Assembly (NCBI RefSeq): GCF_009834535.1 | Contig: NC_045696.1 | Location: 94,180,001 to 94,244,000 of the forward strand | Reading direction: 5' to 3' | DNA length: 64,000 nt | DNA from: Camelus ferus | Lineage: Eukaryota | Shown here: in pieces, positions 51,132 through 63,784 of the stretch | Layout of the letters: each line of letters begins with the position of its first letter | Position numbering within the stretch: position 1 is the stretch's first letter | Position numbers and translations under genes: made by a program | The notes under the pieces: model-generated | Databases searched by the model: none | Seen by the model: the letters and a program-made list of their open reading frames with translations, nothing else | Told to the model about the DNA's origin: nothing

Positions 51132-52329
51132 ACAGGTGTTTATAAACACCTGACTAAAAGGTGACTAAATATATCTACAGTGTCATTAAAATCCCAGTTA
51201 TGCCATAGGAAGTACATTCTTAGACCCCCAAATCAGTAAGGGCTATGCAGTACAAGATTTCTGATTAACTTATGCTTAACCCAAGCAAATGCAGCTAGGA
51301 AAGCCTTTCTTAAAACAACAAAATTATGTTTGCTAAGCATCCGTGTTTATTAGACCCAAACTCTGAAAGTTTTAGTAGGTTCTAAATTTGGAAGGATCAC
51401 TTTTTCACTTCCACTTATTAATACTTATTGTATACAATAAATCACAGTTACTTAAACTGCTAAAAATATCTTATGCTTTCTATCATAGCAGTAAATTTAA
51501 TGAATACATCTGGTCCTTATCCGAATATATACATTATTATACCAACAGCCTAAACTTTACTTTTTTCCTAGTACAAAATGCACTATATGTTTAAAGTTAT
51601 CTTGTTTTAGTTTGCTTGCTTTTTAGAAAATGTACATATAAAGCTGGTACATTATGGATTGTCTTTAGAAACAAGACAAAACAACAAAAAAAATTCCAAT
51701 TCCATATAATGATTAATGGATGAGGGTAAGAATTATATTCTTGTCAGAAAAAAAAAGAAAGAAAGAAAAGTAAAAGTCTGACAACTGAAAATTGGAGTTG
51801 TGTCCAAAATCCCATTTTAGGAGGAAACAGTAAAATATAAAGAGACACCAGAGAATGAGGGCAAAGTCAAAACAAAGCATCCTACAAGGCTTAAAAAGTA
51901 GAACTTCGAAAAGTACAATAGTCTATGTTGCAGTTTAATCTAAAGAAAAATGAAATCTCTCTACAAGACTTCAGCTTGAACTTGTCATTGTCACATTGAC
52001 TGCTTCCCACTGACAGCGCTTTGCAGAGAGAGAAACACTCAGCTACCTTCATTAATGGCTTTTACCATATTGGTTCCATCATTAGAGGAGATTCTGAAGT
52101 CTTCTCCATGAATTGAGAAAGCAGATTTCTGACTGCAAAGTTTACTATTAAGAAAGGGAGTCTTAAAGGAAAAGTTCTGTTTCTCTAAAACATTTTTCAC
52201 TTTTATAGAAGAAACAAGAATATTCCCTAATGATTGACAGGTCCATTGGCTTTAGAAGCAGATGGCTTCATACAATAGATGAAGAAAGAAGATGAAAAAC
52301 ACATAACAAGATCAGGGATGAGAGACCTT

Positions 52330-52770
52330 TGGTTGGCTAATTGAGTCCAACTCTCCTCTCTTGCTTGCCAAGAAAATAGAAGATGGAAAAGTTAAATACT
52401 CAATACTCTAGTAACTCATCTAACTAGAGGGTGACATGTCATACTTTCACCTAATAAAACCTAAATGAAAATCTGCTGGGGGGATTTTAGGAAAGGATAT
52501 GTTTTTTTCCTAATAAAAATATCAGTCACTAGCAGCCCTTGGCAGTACCCCAACCCCTCTTTCTGCCATAAATTTAACTGTGTAGCCTGAAACTATGAAG
52601 TCATTTTGTGGTCCTGGGGAAAGGCTGAGTGCTGCCCTGACATTGTTGAACCACTAAATCAACATCAGAAGCTGTTTTTTCCCCAGACTTTTTGTTAGAT
52701 GAAGATAAACCTATGTTTTAAAGCCACTGTTTTCTTTTACATGCAGCCAAAAGCATTCCTACCTTTACAT
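52330..52770 (+). mobile_element. MaLR solo LTR (MLT1K/L-like)
   Basis: ATCTGCTGGGGGGATTTTAGGAAAG, CCCTGACATTGTTGAACCACT, TTAAAGCCACTG..TGCAGCCAAAAGCATTCCTA. Confidence 0.65.
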
Positions 52771-53369
52771 GAGAATAGATCTGAAATAAGACCTTTAATA
52801 GTGGTTTTCAACATTTCCATGCAAATTCAACTGTATAATTATTGATCCCTTACCATTGAGCATATTCCAAAAGTTTTAGGGTCACTTCAAATTTTACTAT
52901 TTTCACATACACATACACACACACGCACACACAAGTATGCTACAAACTAACAAATAAGAAAACTTGAAAAGGTTAATTAATTTCAGTTCATCCACACTTA
53001 CTTGATTTTCTCAAATCAAATCAATCAAATTTATTCAAAATCAAATATACTTTGAACAAATATATTTTTAATTTTAATTATTTTTCAGACAATCTTTGCC
53101 ACCTTAATTGGGAAGGACTAAAGCAAAAAATTAAGTCTACTGATCAAAAGTCCTGAAATAAGTAAGTATATGTGAAATTGAAATATATCTAAACTTTCAA
53201 ATAATGCTTCCTGTGAGTTAGTGCCATTCAAACTTCTAAAGTTATTAAAGCTTAAAACTGCACTGTGAGTTTTAGGAGGCCTTGCATACTGGGCAGTATG
53301 GTAAGCACTGGGATAAAAAGGCAAATGAAACATGGTAAACAATTTAAGAAGCTCATAATCCATACAGGC

Positions 53370-53541
53370 TCTCCATCCCAGCTGCACACCAAATTACAGG
53401 AGAGACTGAAAAAAAGGAAGAATGCACAGTCCCCAGCCCAGACCCCTAGGATGCTGGTTTCACTGGTTTGTGGTGGAGCTTAGGCACTGGCAGTTTTCAG
53501 TCACCTGTGATTCTCATGTTCCACCAGAGTTGAGAACCACT
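53370..53541. mobile_element. MER5A-like DNA transposon
   Basis: GCTGCACACCAAATTAC.., terminal GTGATTCTCATG..CCAGAGTTGAGAACCACT. Confidence 0.7.
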
Positions 53542-56093
53542 CATCTAGTGTGTAGGCGTTCATATTCATTTCCAACTAAACCTAGGCAAACAAGCTTTCT
53601 CAAGGAGGGCTAGATTACGGAGTCAAGTAGTACAGAATGTGTTAGATAAACCTCAAGATTAGAGGAGGTAGTGGTCATCCTTTAGCTCAGGACTTCAAAA
53701 ATGAAAATTAATTACCATGTGTGGAATTTCCATAACACTTCTGCTTGTGATTTTTCTGGATAAACAACAGGTAGCCCTTTTCTGTTTACGTTCTTGTTTA
53801 TATCTTTCTGAGATGCAGAGGTCCACACACTGGTCTACCCAATGCTGTCCATAATAAGCCCTCTCTTTGATGGCTAATAACAGGCAGTCCTGAGAAATGC
53901 AGCCTTGTTACTGATTTATTTCTTACTAAGAAATATGCTCCTTGCCTTCCTAAAATGGAACACAAGAGAGTGGTTAATTAAGGATTTCTATTCATTATAC
54001 TTCATTTATTTGAGGTTGTTTCCTATACTGCATTAAGTACTTGACAAAGGAATACAAAGGTACAGTCCTTCTGTATTGAGTCTTTCCTCAAGTTATTTTG
54101 AAATTAATAAGAGATGTGCAGTGGTGTTAAGAATACGTAGAGATGTTAATATTTCAGTTGTTTTATGTGCGGAGAGTTGTTCATGAAACAAATATTCATT
54201 AAGGAACTGCTTCTTGTCAAGTATCTTTCTAAATACTGGGAAGACACAGATGAACGGCACAGAAGAGGTCCTTTTGCTGGGAGCTTACAATCTAATGGGG
54301 TAATTCTATTTTGTTAGAATCTTTTCCTTAAAGTACAAAATTTCTTTCTGAAACATATTTTCACTAATTTTTTTATGAGTAGCTTTTTAAAATAACTTTT
54401 TATTTTAAAACAACACAGACCTTTTGTTTTTGAGGCAGATCTGACTATATTGTAGTCAAAAAATGAATAAAAACACAGGTAGCAAAAAGAGGACACATTT
54501 AGATTAAAAAAAAAACTCATAATCTCAGAATTAACTATAGATGATATTTTGGCACATTTTCCAGACATGTCTTCATACATGTAAACACAAGTTTTTAAAA
54601 ATGAAATCATGTTTTTATAAAGTAGGTTAAGACATGAATTATTTAAAATACATGGTCAGTCATCAAATTTTGCTACTTTGCTATAAACAAAGTATATTAA
54701 GAATACTACTTTTAGAAAAAACCTGTAAGGCAATATCCTTGTCAGAAGGAACAGAAGTTGACCCAGGTTACTTTCAAAGGTAAGAATTCATTTTAAGAAT
54801 TCATCTACACAATGAGGGAGCTGGAAACCCTTCCAGACAGAACAGCGAGACTTCTTGGCCATGGTGCCAGTGTTTGGGAACTGGAAGGTCTCTCAGGTTT
54901 CAGACTAATTTTCATGATGAGGTAATTCTGACTCTTCCCCAGCTTCACGTTCCCTTCTTGTCTTTCTCCCCTCCCTGCTCCACTAATGTGACCCATCTTC
55001 CCCATTGTGTGTCTTCTTACATCACTTGTCACTTCCAACTCAACTGTTCTTCCCACAACACAAATGCCTATTTAAATACCACCCATGCAGCCTGACTTGC
55101 TATAACAATACTAAAAATACTAACATCAAATTATTCCTCAAACACACAAAAGACACACACATGTGTGTGTATAAATCGTAATAAAAACATTCCAACATAA
55201 ACAGCTTGAGTACATATTCATCTGAGCACATTCACATCTATTTTTCTTTCCTCACAATTGGACCACTCGTGTTTTTTCAGCCAATGAAAGCCAGTTCCAC
55301 AGATGGTACTTTACACTCTGGGCCAATGAGCTTTCTTCATCATGTTCCCCTCACCGTCAGAGATGAGTGGATTCTGCAACATGTAGCTTCCAACCCTTGG
55401 TCTTTATTTCTGTCATATATTTTGTCCCTTAACGGCTGACAAGTTGTGTAAAAATGATAATGCTGGATCTGTTACAAAAACTAGAGCAAAAAAAAAAAAA
55501 AAGAGAGAGAGGAAAGAAAGTACATTGGAAGATAAAATGAAAGTCTGGAGACTGCTTGATATGCTTTCAAGAAAATGGTTAAGGAATTAGAAGGTAGAGA
55601 GAACTTGGCGATAGGAGTGGGTGGGTGGAAGTCCTTTCATTTCAGCAACTACATCTTATCACAGCAGCTCAAAGAAATTATTGCTGGAGGCAAGTCATGG
55701 TGTCAAGTGATTTTCAATGTTTTATACAAGTGACACTCCTGAAATAGACCGCACCAGTAGTCCTCAAACTGAAGAGTACTTAGACCTGGAGGATACCCAG
55801 AGACTTCCCAGGGACACAGACAGTTTTAAAGGAATTCATTTTCCAGAGGGTAAACTTCCATGGGTACATTTCCCTGAAACTGATCTGTCTGAGTAATGTC
55901 AAGATGTTCCCCTTTTTCTTTCACAAGTGTCCTTCTCCTCCTTTACTCCCAACCCACACTGAGTCTTCTTACAGGATATAAAAGCCTCCAGGTTTCAAAT
56001 AACAGGGAAACTTAAAAGAATGGTGTCTTTAAGTCTTCTCTAATCAAGGCACCATAAGATAAGTGTTATCTTTTCCTGTTTTTATTTAGTCAT

Positions 56094-56613
56094 TGTCTAG
56101 GATGGTACTCAAGATTCCCAACCCCTGAAGTGTAACACTTTGCATAATTTCTCCCCTCTAGAGTGGGTGGGCTATTATGGGATAGCTACTCCCAAGATTA
56201 CATTACAGTGTATAAAACTATCTTAACACACCAGAGGGAGAGGTTCTCCTATTGGTCTTGAGGAAGTGAGCTGCCAAGCCCTGAGATGGCTTGTAAGAGC
56301 AACATGGACCAAGGAACTGTGGGGGGCACCTAGGAGCTGAGAGCCAGCAACCAAGGACTAATGCTAAGGAACTGAACTCTGTCAACGACCACCTTGGAAG
56401 AGGACCATGGGACTCAGGAAATAATGTTGCCCGGCTGACATCTAATGAGATTCCCACATCCTGGTGAGACCTTGAGCAGAAGTACCAGTTAAGTCAGCCT
56501 GACCCAAGGACCCAAGGGGTCCTGACCCAAGGAACCTGTGAGATGATAAATGCATGTTGTTCTAAGCTGCTACATTCGTAGTAATTTGTTATGCAGCAGA
56601 GAAAACCAATGCA
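56094..56613 (+). mobile_element. MaLR solo LTR (MLT1E-like) inserted in an L2 tail
   Basis: TG..CA ends, GGCACCTAGGAGCTGAGAGC, TGTGAGATGATAAATG..GTAATTTGTTATGCAGCA; TSD GTCAT/ATCAT. Confidence 0.8.
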
Positions 56614-57305
56614 ATCATTCAAAAAAGTATTCACTGAGCATATATTTTATTTCAGACACTGAGAGATAGCCGTTAGTGACACTTTCCAAAATCTGTGCCT
56701 TCATAAGACTTATTTTTTGGTTGGTAGAATAACTATAAAGAAGTTTAAAATATAAACTATCTGGCACATGAGGGGTAGTTTTAGAGAGAAAACATTAAAG
56801 TAAGAAAATGGGAAATGACTGGTGGGAAGGATAGGGATGGAGAGAGGGATGAATGGGAAGAGGTACTGAAAGTTTAGCTTTGCACAGATGGAGTAGGGTC
56901 TTATAAAAATGAAGGTAACTGGCAATTTTGAGGGAAGAGAGAAAACTAGTGCACAGACTCTCAAAGACTGGTGGAGTCTCAAAGACTGTAGGGCGGGTGG
57001 ACCAAGCAGTGCACTGGATAAGGATAGGAGATAAGGTCAGAGAAGGAAAAGGAGACCAAGGTCTTACAGAGCTTTGAAGGTCGTGGTAAGGTTTTCGGCT
57101 TTTATTCTGAGTGACTTGGGGAGCCAAGGGTGTGATACGATTTTACTTTTAATTTAACAGATTCACTGTAGCTGTTATAATATAATGTGGTATAGGTTGA
57201 CAGAAGGCAAGGATGGAAGCAGGGACACCCATTAAGATCCTGCTGTAATAATCCAGGCAAGAGGGGATTAGTGGCTGGCTGGGTCAGGGTGGTGGCAGTG
57301 GAAAG
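56614..57305 (-). mobile_element. LINE2 3' portion
   Basis: TCATTCAAAAAAGTATTCACTGAGC, GGCTTTTATTCTGAGTGA..GGGAGCCA, ATAATCCAGGCAAGAG..GGGTGGTGGCAGTGGA. Confidence 0.8.
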
Positions 57306-58127
57306 GAGCTGTTAAACTTGAATTCTTTCTTTTCAAGAAAATTGAGGGCAGATACGGTTGAATGAGAATTAAAAGCTCCTTCCATTTCCTCTACTTATTT
57401 ATGTGAAGAAAGTTTCTCAGAACTTACATTTCTAAAAATGAACACGTAGAACAGAACTGATGTTAAAACCTAACCCTATGCTAGCAACAAGTAGTAAGTA
57501 TCCACAGCTACATGAACTAATTAAAGCCTCCCCAGCTATCTCATTATATGATATATTTTTGTGTTCAATATTTTTATCAAGACTCTTGGTATACTTTCAT
57601 CATTTGCATGTTAATGATGATAGTAATAATACTCAGCTCACAAATGTGTTTTTAACATGGATGCAAAAATAAAAAATGAATTTCAATTTATATACTTCTT
57701 TGCAGAAAAGATTGATAGCCTGGTTAATAACAGGCCTTTGGGTCTAAGTCTATTTAGTAGAAATACTGCGTTATGAGAAACATCTGTGGGGAAGTGAAAT
57801 GGAAATTTGAGTACAAAGAAAGGAACAATGTGAGTTTTTGACTCTTTAAGAAAAATGTGATGATTGATTTTTTAAATGGGTGGAGATGAGCATCAAATCA
57901 CTATGGCAGTTAGATTCTATTCGATACATTCAGGCTGGGCTGCCCCAAATGTTAGTGGTGCCTGGACCATGAGAATGAGTGGAGGCCCACCTACTACAGT
58001 CTTACATATTTAAGAGTTTCAAGTCAAGCAAACAATCATAAAGCAAAATGTTTTATTCTACCTTGGAAAATGTACTGTCAATGTGACAGAAAAACAATTC
58101 ATGTAAAATTTTGTTTTTTATAGGTCT

Positions 58128-58612
58128 TGTGAACAAAAAATACTGCAAACCATATCAGTAAATAAAGAATGCTGAAGCCATCAAGTCATCAGTGGCTGCC
58201 ACTGCCCCCCACAGTGGAGACAAGCCTGCAGCCCAGCCTCTGCAGCCACTCACAATGGTGCACCCTGAGGGGACTCAGAATAAGAAAGGACAGGATACTG
58301 GCCCTAGATAGCTAGGTGCTTGTCAAAGGAATGAATTCAATGAGCCCAAATGTTTGCTTCCTCCCATACATAGAAAAGCACTAAATTCTTTTAACTTGAG
58401 ATGCCTGTTCTTCTTTAGGTAACAAGTAATATTTTATTGTTCCAACTACCTGGTCTTTGTTGTAAAGCTCCTATATGTCCTAGCTCCTCCACTACCTCTT
58501 CAGAGCAGTCTCTCAGACTCAGATCTGAGAGGCTGTCATCCCGGCTCGAGTCCTCCTGCCAAATAAAACAGTAACTCTCAAGTTTTAGGCTGTGCATTTA
58601 TTTCAGTCGACA
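58128..58612 (+). mobile_element. ERV1 solo LTR (artiodactyl MER41-like)
   Basis: TGTGAAC..CAGTCGACA ends, TATA-like CCTATAT, AATAAA at about 58562; 4-bp TSD-like GTCT/GTTT. Confidence 0.8.
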
Positions 58613-59049
58613 GTTTCAAAGTTGGCAAAATATTAATGAGGACTGAATTTACTTATTATTGGGTATGTTTGGGTGTTGGTAAACCAGCTGCATTTGGAAA
58701 CAAAAAAAAGATATACATGTTATATAAATTGCTAAATGTTTTTCCATAAATTTCACTTTTGGCCCTACTTCATCAATAACTTATTCTGTTGTCTTAATCA
58801 AAATTTTCATGAAATTTGCATTTTACTGACGGCAAAAACCTGAAGATTAAAAATAAAACGTAATTATATTCAAAGTGCACAAAATTGAAAAATGTTTATA
58901 AGGAATTACATAAATGTGAAAACAATATGAACTATTTTTTCATGTTTTAAAAAGTTACTTTTACTGAAATAATCAAAATTATTCATTAAAATTAAAAGGT
59001 AATGTACCAACTGTAAACAATATGCATTGAACTTTTACATCAAAATTAA

Positions 59050-59184
59050 CTTTTTTTCTTTTTTGTGGGGGTAATCAGGTTTGTTTGTTTGTTTCTTTCT
59101 TTATTTTTAACAGGGGTACTGGGGATTAAGCCCAGACCTTGTGCATGCTAATCACACACTACCACTGAGCTATACCATTCCCCT
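59050..59184 (-). mobile_element. Camelid tRNA-derived SINE (Vic-1-like)
   Basis: GGGGTACTGGGGATTAAGCCCAG..CTACCACTGAGCTATACC; approximate TSD AAAATTAACTTTTT / AAAATCAATTTTT. Confidence 0.85.
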
Positions 59185-60529
59185 GAAAATCAATTTTTGA
59201 ACACTGAATTACATATTATTAAATACATTTATAAAAAGAAAATTATTTGTAATTCTACTGTAATTCAATTTCCAACCTAGTTGCTAGTGCAAAAAATGGT
59301 CTAGATATTCATATATGCAAATAAAAGAGTATGTTTATTATCGATAAATAATATTTAGCTACTACGTGCAACTCTTTCGAATATCACTTTAATCAGAAAT
59401 CAAAGGGGCAAGAAAATGGATACTTGACCCTCTGGGAAATATTACTTTGTTCTTACAAGAATATGTTAACTTTCGTGCCATATGGTACAGGGATTTGATG
59501 AATTAATTTGTCCTTCTCTTACTTAAGCACTTTGTCTACTCAAATCTACACTGCTTCCAAAAAAGTGTCTGACTCAGGCATCAGTGACAGCACATTCTAC
59601 ATTTACGACACTGAGATGCAGTCTCCCTCTGTGTGGAATTCAAGGTCATGAGATGTGCGAAGGCAATTCCCTGGGGTTTGAATGGTGTTTGTATTGAACA
59701 CAGATACCTAGCATTACAGGTCCTTTCTGTGTGAGCATTAAATGCCAGCTCCTGAGTAATAGAGTGTCCTAAGAGTTTTTAAAAATGAATTTAGATGTTG
59801 TGCCTTGTGGTAAGCAGGGTTCCTCTTGCTCATGTCTAAGATTCTACTTCAAAAAAGACAGACTATTTCTATTTTTAAATCTCAATATTTACAAATGTTA
59901 GAAAATGTATCCTTTGCAACTTTAAATTTATGATAAAAATAGTACAACTTAAAATGGGCAATAAGGTACAAAGTTTTGCAAAACTATTTTAGAGCTACTT
60001 GAGTAAACAAGTTTTGAAATTTTTAATAAGAAGCTGTATATGGAGCTAACTCCAAAGCCTTTCCATTTCTCAAACTAAATATGTCTGTGTCTTACATTCA
60101 AATGGGTGAAATGAAATCTGGTCAGGTCCATTTAGTTTCCCTTTTCCCTCTCTGGGCAGAGCTTTTTTGCTAGGATAGCTCATGACCTGTGATTTCACTT
60201 ATTATTTGACCACCTCTGGTCTAATCAGCTGTGTCTGGGACTTGAGTCAGGGATCTCTAAAGCTATGAACTTCAAATAGGTACTATGCTCTCTCATCTTT
60301 AATTGGGCAGGGACACATCCCAGGAGGAACATAAGAAGAGGAAAGAGTGCTATACTAGAAAGAGACCAAAAAAGATGAATGCTTAATAGGTATTACTATT
60401 TGATGAGTGTGAATATCAGCTGCCAAGCAGTAAAGTAGCTGCATGAACCCTATGGCCATATTGTAAATGCTCTCAGAAATAAGAGTATTTCAACTAATTT
60501 TCAGCAGAATTCTTTCTGATGGGTGCAAA

Positions 60530-60770
60530 ACAATGGATTGTTAAGTGTACGGTTTCTGGAGTCAGACTGCTGTGGGTTCTCCAGCTCTACCACTGACTAA
60601 CTGTGTGAGACCCTGGGTAAGTTACTTGGTCTCAGACTCCACATCTATACAACAGGAATAGTAACAGTAAACTCCTGATAGGATTATGAAGATTAAATGA
60701 GAGAATCCTTGTTATACTTTGAAAAATGCCTGATACATATTAAAGACTTAAAAAACACTAGCCAGTTGTG
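60530..60770 (+). mobile_element. MIR SINE
   Basis: TCTGGAGTCAGACTGC..CCAGCTCTACCACTGACTAACTGTGTGA..GGGTAAGTTACTT..GAAGATTAAATGAGA. Confidence 0.8.
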
Positions 60771-62285
60771 AGTAGAAAGCTCATTGAAGTCATTTTGTAC
60801 TAATGCACAGTTTTGAAAGTAGCATATGAGATAGCGTAAATCTCAATTAGTCTCATAAATGGAGGGAAGGAGTGTTAATAATATACACAACCAGAAACTG
60901 GGTAAAAGATACATTAACTCATCTTTCCATCATTTCTGGAAATGATCATCTATTTAAAAAAATAATTTTCTGTTTTGTACTGTTTTGCCTTTTTTATGAG
61001 CACTTTTATTATGAACACAGAAAAGCAATAAACATAAAAAGCAATTCACTCCTAAAATTGAAACAATTCACCCTCATTTGCCAATACTACCACTAACTCT
61101 TTCAAACTCCTATAAATCTTCTGAAATTATATGCATTTAGAAATGAACGGTGGATTCACTCCTGCTCCATGGTTGCTTAATACTCATATGGATGCCCTAT
61201 CAAAGAGGAAAACAGTGAGAGATCATGTAAAATACAATCAAGCAATTCTAGCATTTAAATCCAAAGTGAAAAGACACGCATGTTGTAGCAAAGTAATACT
61301 AAAAACAACATGAGTTCATTTATTAGCAATAATTTCCAAGTGTGCTTTGGTAGAATTATTACTCAGTAATCTTGTTTTATGTTCCAAAGGGGGAAATTAA
61401 GAATATTTAGGTCCTGCTAAGTTGTTATTTTCATTTTAGAAAAACAAAATCTCTCACATTTTCAAACCACAGAAGATGTCACACAAGTGCACATGCGTGC
61501 GTGCACACACACACACACACTTTTAAAAGCCAGGCCACAAATTACTTTCAACTATAAATTTACAGGAATAATTTTTACTAAAAAAAGTTTGTAAAGTGGC
61601 ATTTTATATTGTATTACTTTGTTAAAACCCAAGAAACAATCACTAGACCTTTTTTAAAAAATCCATACAAGACAGAAGAAAAATTATATTTGGATTCTGG
61701 CTACTTTAGAGGCACTCCTCATCCCTCATTAGGCACTTGATGTATAAATGTAATTACTTAGTATAGTTATAATCTCCCTATGGAAAAAATTTTAGTCAAA
61801 TTACTGTGTTTCAGATAGATATCCCATTCTAATTCTCAGTCAGAAGTCCTTTTTAAGTTAGATGATTAGTAATTTCCATTTAGCAACTACTCAGAAAATC
61901 ATGAGAGAGAACTGAAATGCTCTACATGATACAGCATGGTTTATGAAAATGTTATGTCAGAATTTAGGACAACTAAATATGGCCCTGAAGTTTGAACGAA
62001 AGGGGGTTTACTTCTTTCTCTGCAGCTGGTGATCTCAAGCCTCTTAAAATGTACATGATGCCAAAGCTGCAAAGCTGTGTTTCACAGCAGGTTGGAAATA
62101 GAGCCCTACAATATGTGGCAGAATCCTTACACAGAGATGGAAACCAGGCTGTCTGGGTTCAAATCCTGACTGTGCTCCACTCTAGATAAGCAAAATATTT
62201 AAACTTAATTCTAGGATCCTCATCTACAAAGTAAGGGTAACATCATATCCACCACTCAGTGTTGTGGTGAGGATTAAGAGTTAAC

Positions 62286-63051
62286 CCTCCTACACTATTG
62301 GTGGGGATGTAACTTGGTGCAGCCACTATGGGAAACAGTATGGAGATTCCTTAAAAAAATAAAAATAAAGTTACTATATGTTCCAGCAATCTCACTCCAG
62401 GGCATATATCCAGAGAAGACTCTAATTTGAAAAGATACATGCACCCCAATATTCATAGCAGCACTATTTACAATAGTCAAGACACAGACACAACCTAAAT
62501 GTCCATCAACAGATGACTGGATAAGAAGATGTGGTGTTCACACAGACACACACACACACACACACACACACAGTGGGATACTACTCAAGCCACAAAAAAG
62601 AATGAAATAATGTCATTTGTAGCAACATGGATAGACCTAGAGATTATCATATTAAGTGGAGTAAGTCAGACAGAGAAAGACAAATATCATATACCACTTA
62701 TATGTAGAATCTAAAAAAAATGATACAAGTGAATTTATTTACAAAACAGAAACAGACTTAAGGACATACAAAACAAACTTATGGTTACCAAAGGGGAAGA
62801 GGGGAGGGATAAATTAGGACTGTGGGATTAGCAGATACAAACTACCATATATAAAATAAATAAACAACAAGATCCTACAGTATAGCAGAGGGAAACTACA
62901 CTCAATATCTGCTAATAACTTATGATGAAAAAGAGTATAAAAAAATACATATATAACTGAATCAGTGTGCTGTACACCAGAAAATAACACAACATTGTAA
63001 ATCAAATATACTTCAATGAAAAAAAAGACAACTGCAAAAAAAAAAAAAAAA
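62286..63051 (+). mobile_element. 5'-truncated L1 3' end inserted into a MIR (62110-62285 and 63052-63110)
   Basis: CCCTCCTACACTATTGGTGGGGATG.. ORF2 C-terminus, internal (CA)n, 3'UTR and bipartite poly(A). Confidence 0.9.
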
Positions 63052-63349
63052 GAACATATATGTTTAGAACTGAACCTGGATATATGGGAAGCATTTTAAT
63101 TAATGTTACATTACTACTATTATAATTGTATTGTTGTTGCTGTTAGTCTTAATTGTATGATTAGGATTGGGCTTATGCACATATAATACGAAGAGTTGCA
63201 TCTATGACGTAATATCCTGATTACTAAGATGACCCTTTTCCCTGACAATTAAACTCCTTTTCCAGATGTTTGAAATTACACATTAACAACTTGTCCCTAT
63301 TAGGACTGTGGAAATGGGGCACAGTCACAGAGGGCCTTGAGTGACCAAA

Positions 63350-63760
63350 AATTATGCCAATTTTCCATTGTCCTTGGATCAGACAATGAAGACCATCCAG
63401 GTTGGTGGTCAATCATCCCAGTAGGTAGACAGACTATAGGTGAGGGATGTGGTCATCTGTAGATCATGGGCAGCAAGCAACTCATGCCAGGGAGGTTTGG
63501 CATCACATATCAATGGCCTAGTCACAGAGACCAAGGTCAAGAGCAGCAGTCTCACCTGTAGAGAGTCTGGGGAGGCCTGCAATGAATAACAGCACAATGG
63601 ACAGGGATAGGATCTCATTGGTGGATTATGTACAAGTCAGCATCCTCGTCACCCAGAAGAAGGCAATGATCCTTCCTAGCAGAAATGACAGAAAACTGCT
63701 CCTATGGCTCTTTGCCCACTCTGTTTTACTTTGAGCTGGGCACTGGTTGTTTTGGCCACA
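63350..63760 (-). pseudogene. Possible decayed class A GPCR pseudogene fragment (ECL2-TM5-TM6-TM7)
   Basis: NNQCPAQSKTEWAKSHRSSFLSFLLGRIIAFFWVTRMLTCT*STNEILSLSIVLLFIAGLP / frameshift / LQVRLLLLTLVSVTRPLICDAK..LQMTTSLTYS / frameshift / VYLLG. Confidence 0.4.
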
Positions 63761-63784
63761 CAGCGTCTGTAAGTTATGATAATT

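Larger units (their letters stand above)
57931..59849. mobile_element. hAT-Tip100 transposon (Zaphod/MER115-like)
   Basis: Left end TGGAGGCCCAC..ATATTTAAGAGTT..TCAAGCAAACAA; right end GCAGGGTTCCTCTTGCTCATGTCTAAG match recalled MER115 termini. Confidence 0.6.
55755..60025 (+). mobile_element. Charlie7-like hAT transposon in three pieces (55755-56080, 57310-57930, 59850-60025)
   Basis: 5' end CAGTAGTCCTCAAACT; hAT dimerisation-domain remnant LLPFPLLILCEESFSELTFLKM at about 57377; 3' piece TCAATATTTACAA..CCTTTGCAAC..AAGTTTTGAA. Confidence 0.65.

Noticed and set aside
56498..56537. Repeated GACCCAAGG units resembling a repeat-spacer array
   Set aside because: Local slippage duplication inside MLT1E; there are no unique spacers and no CRISPR context in a mammalian genome.
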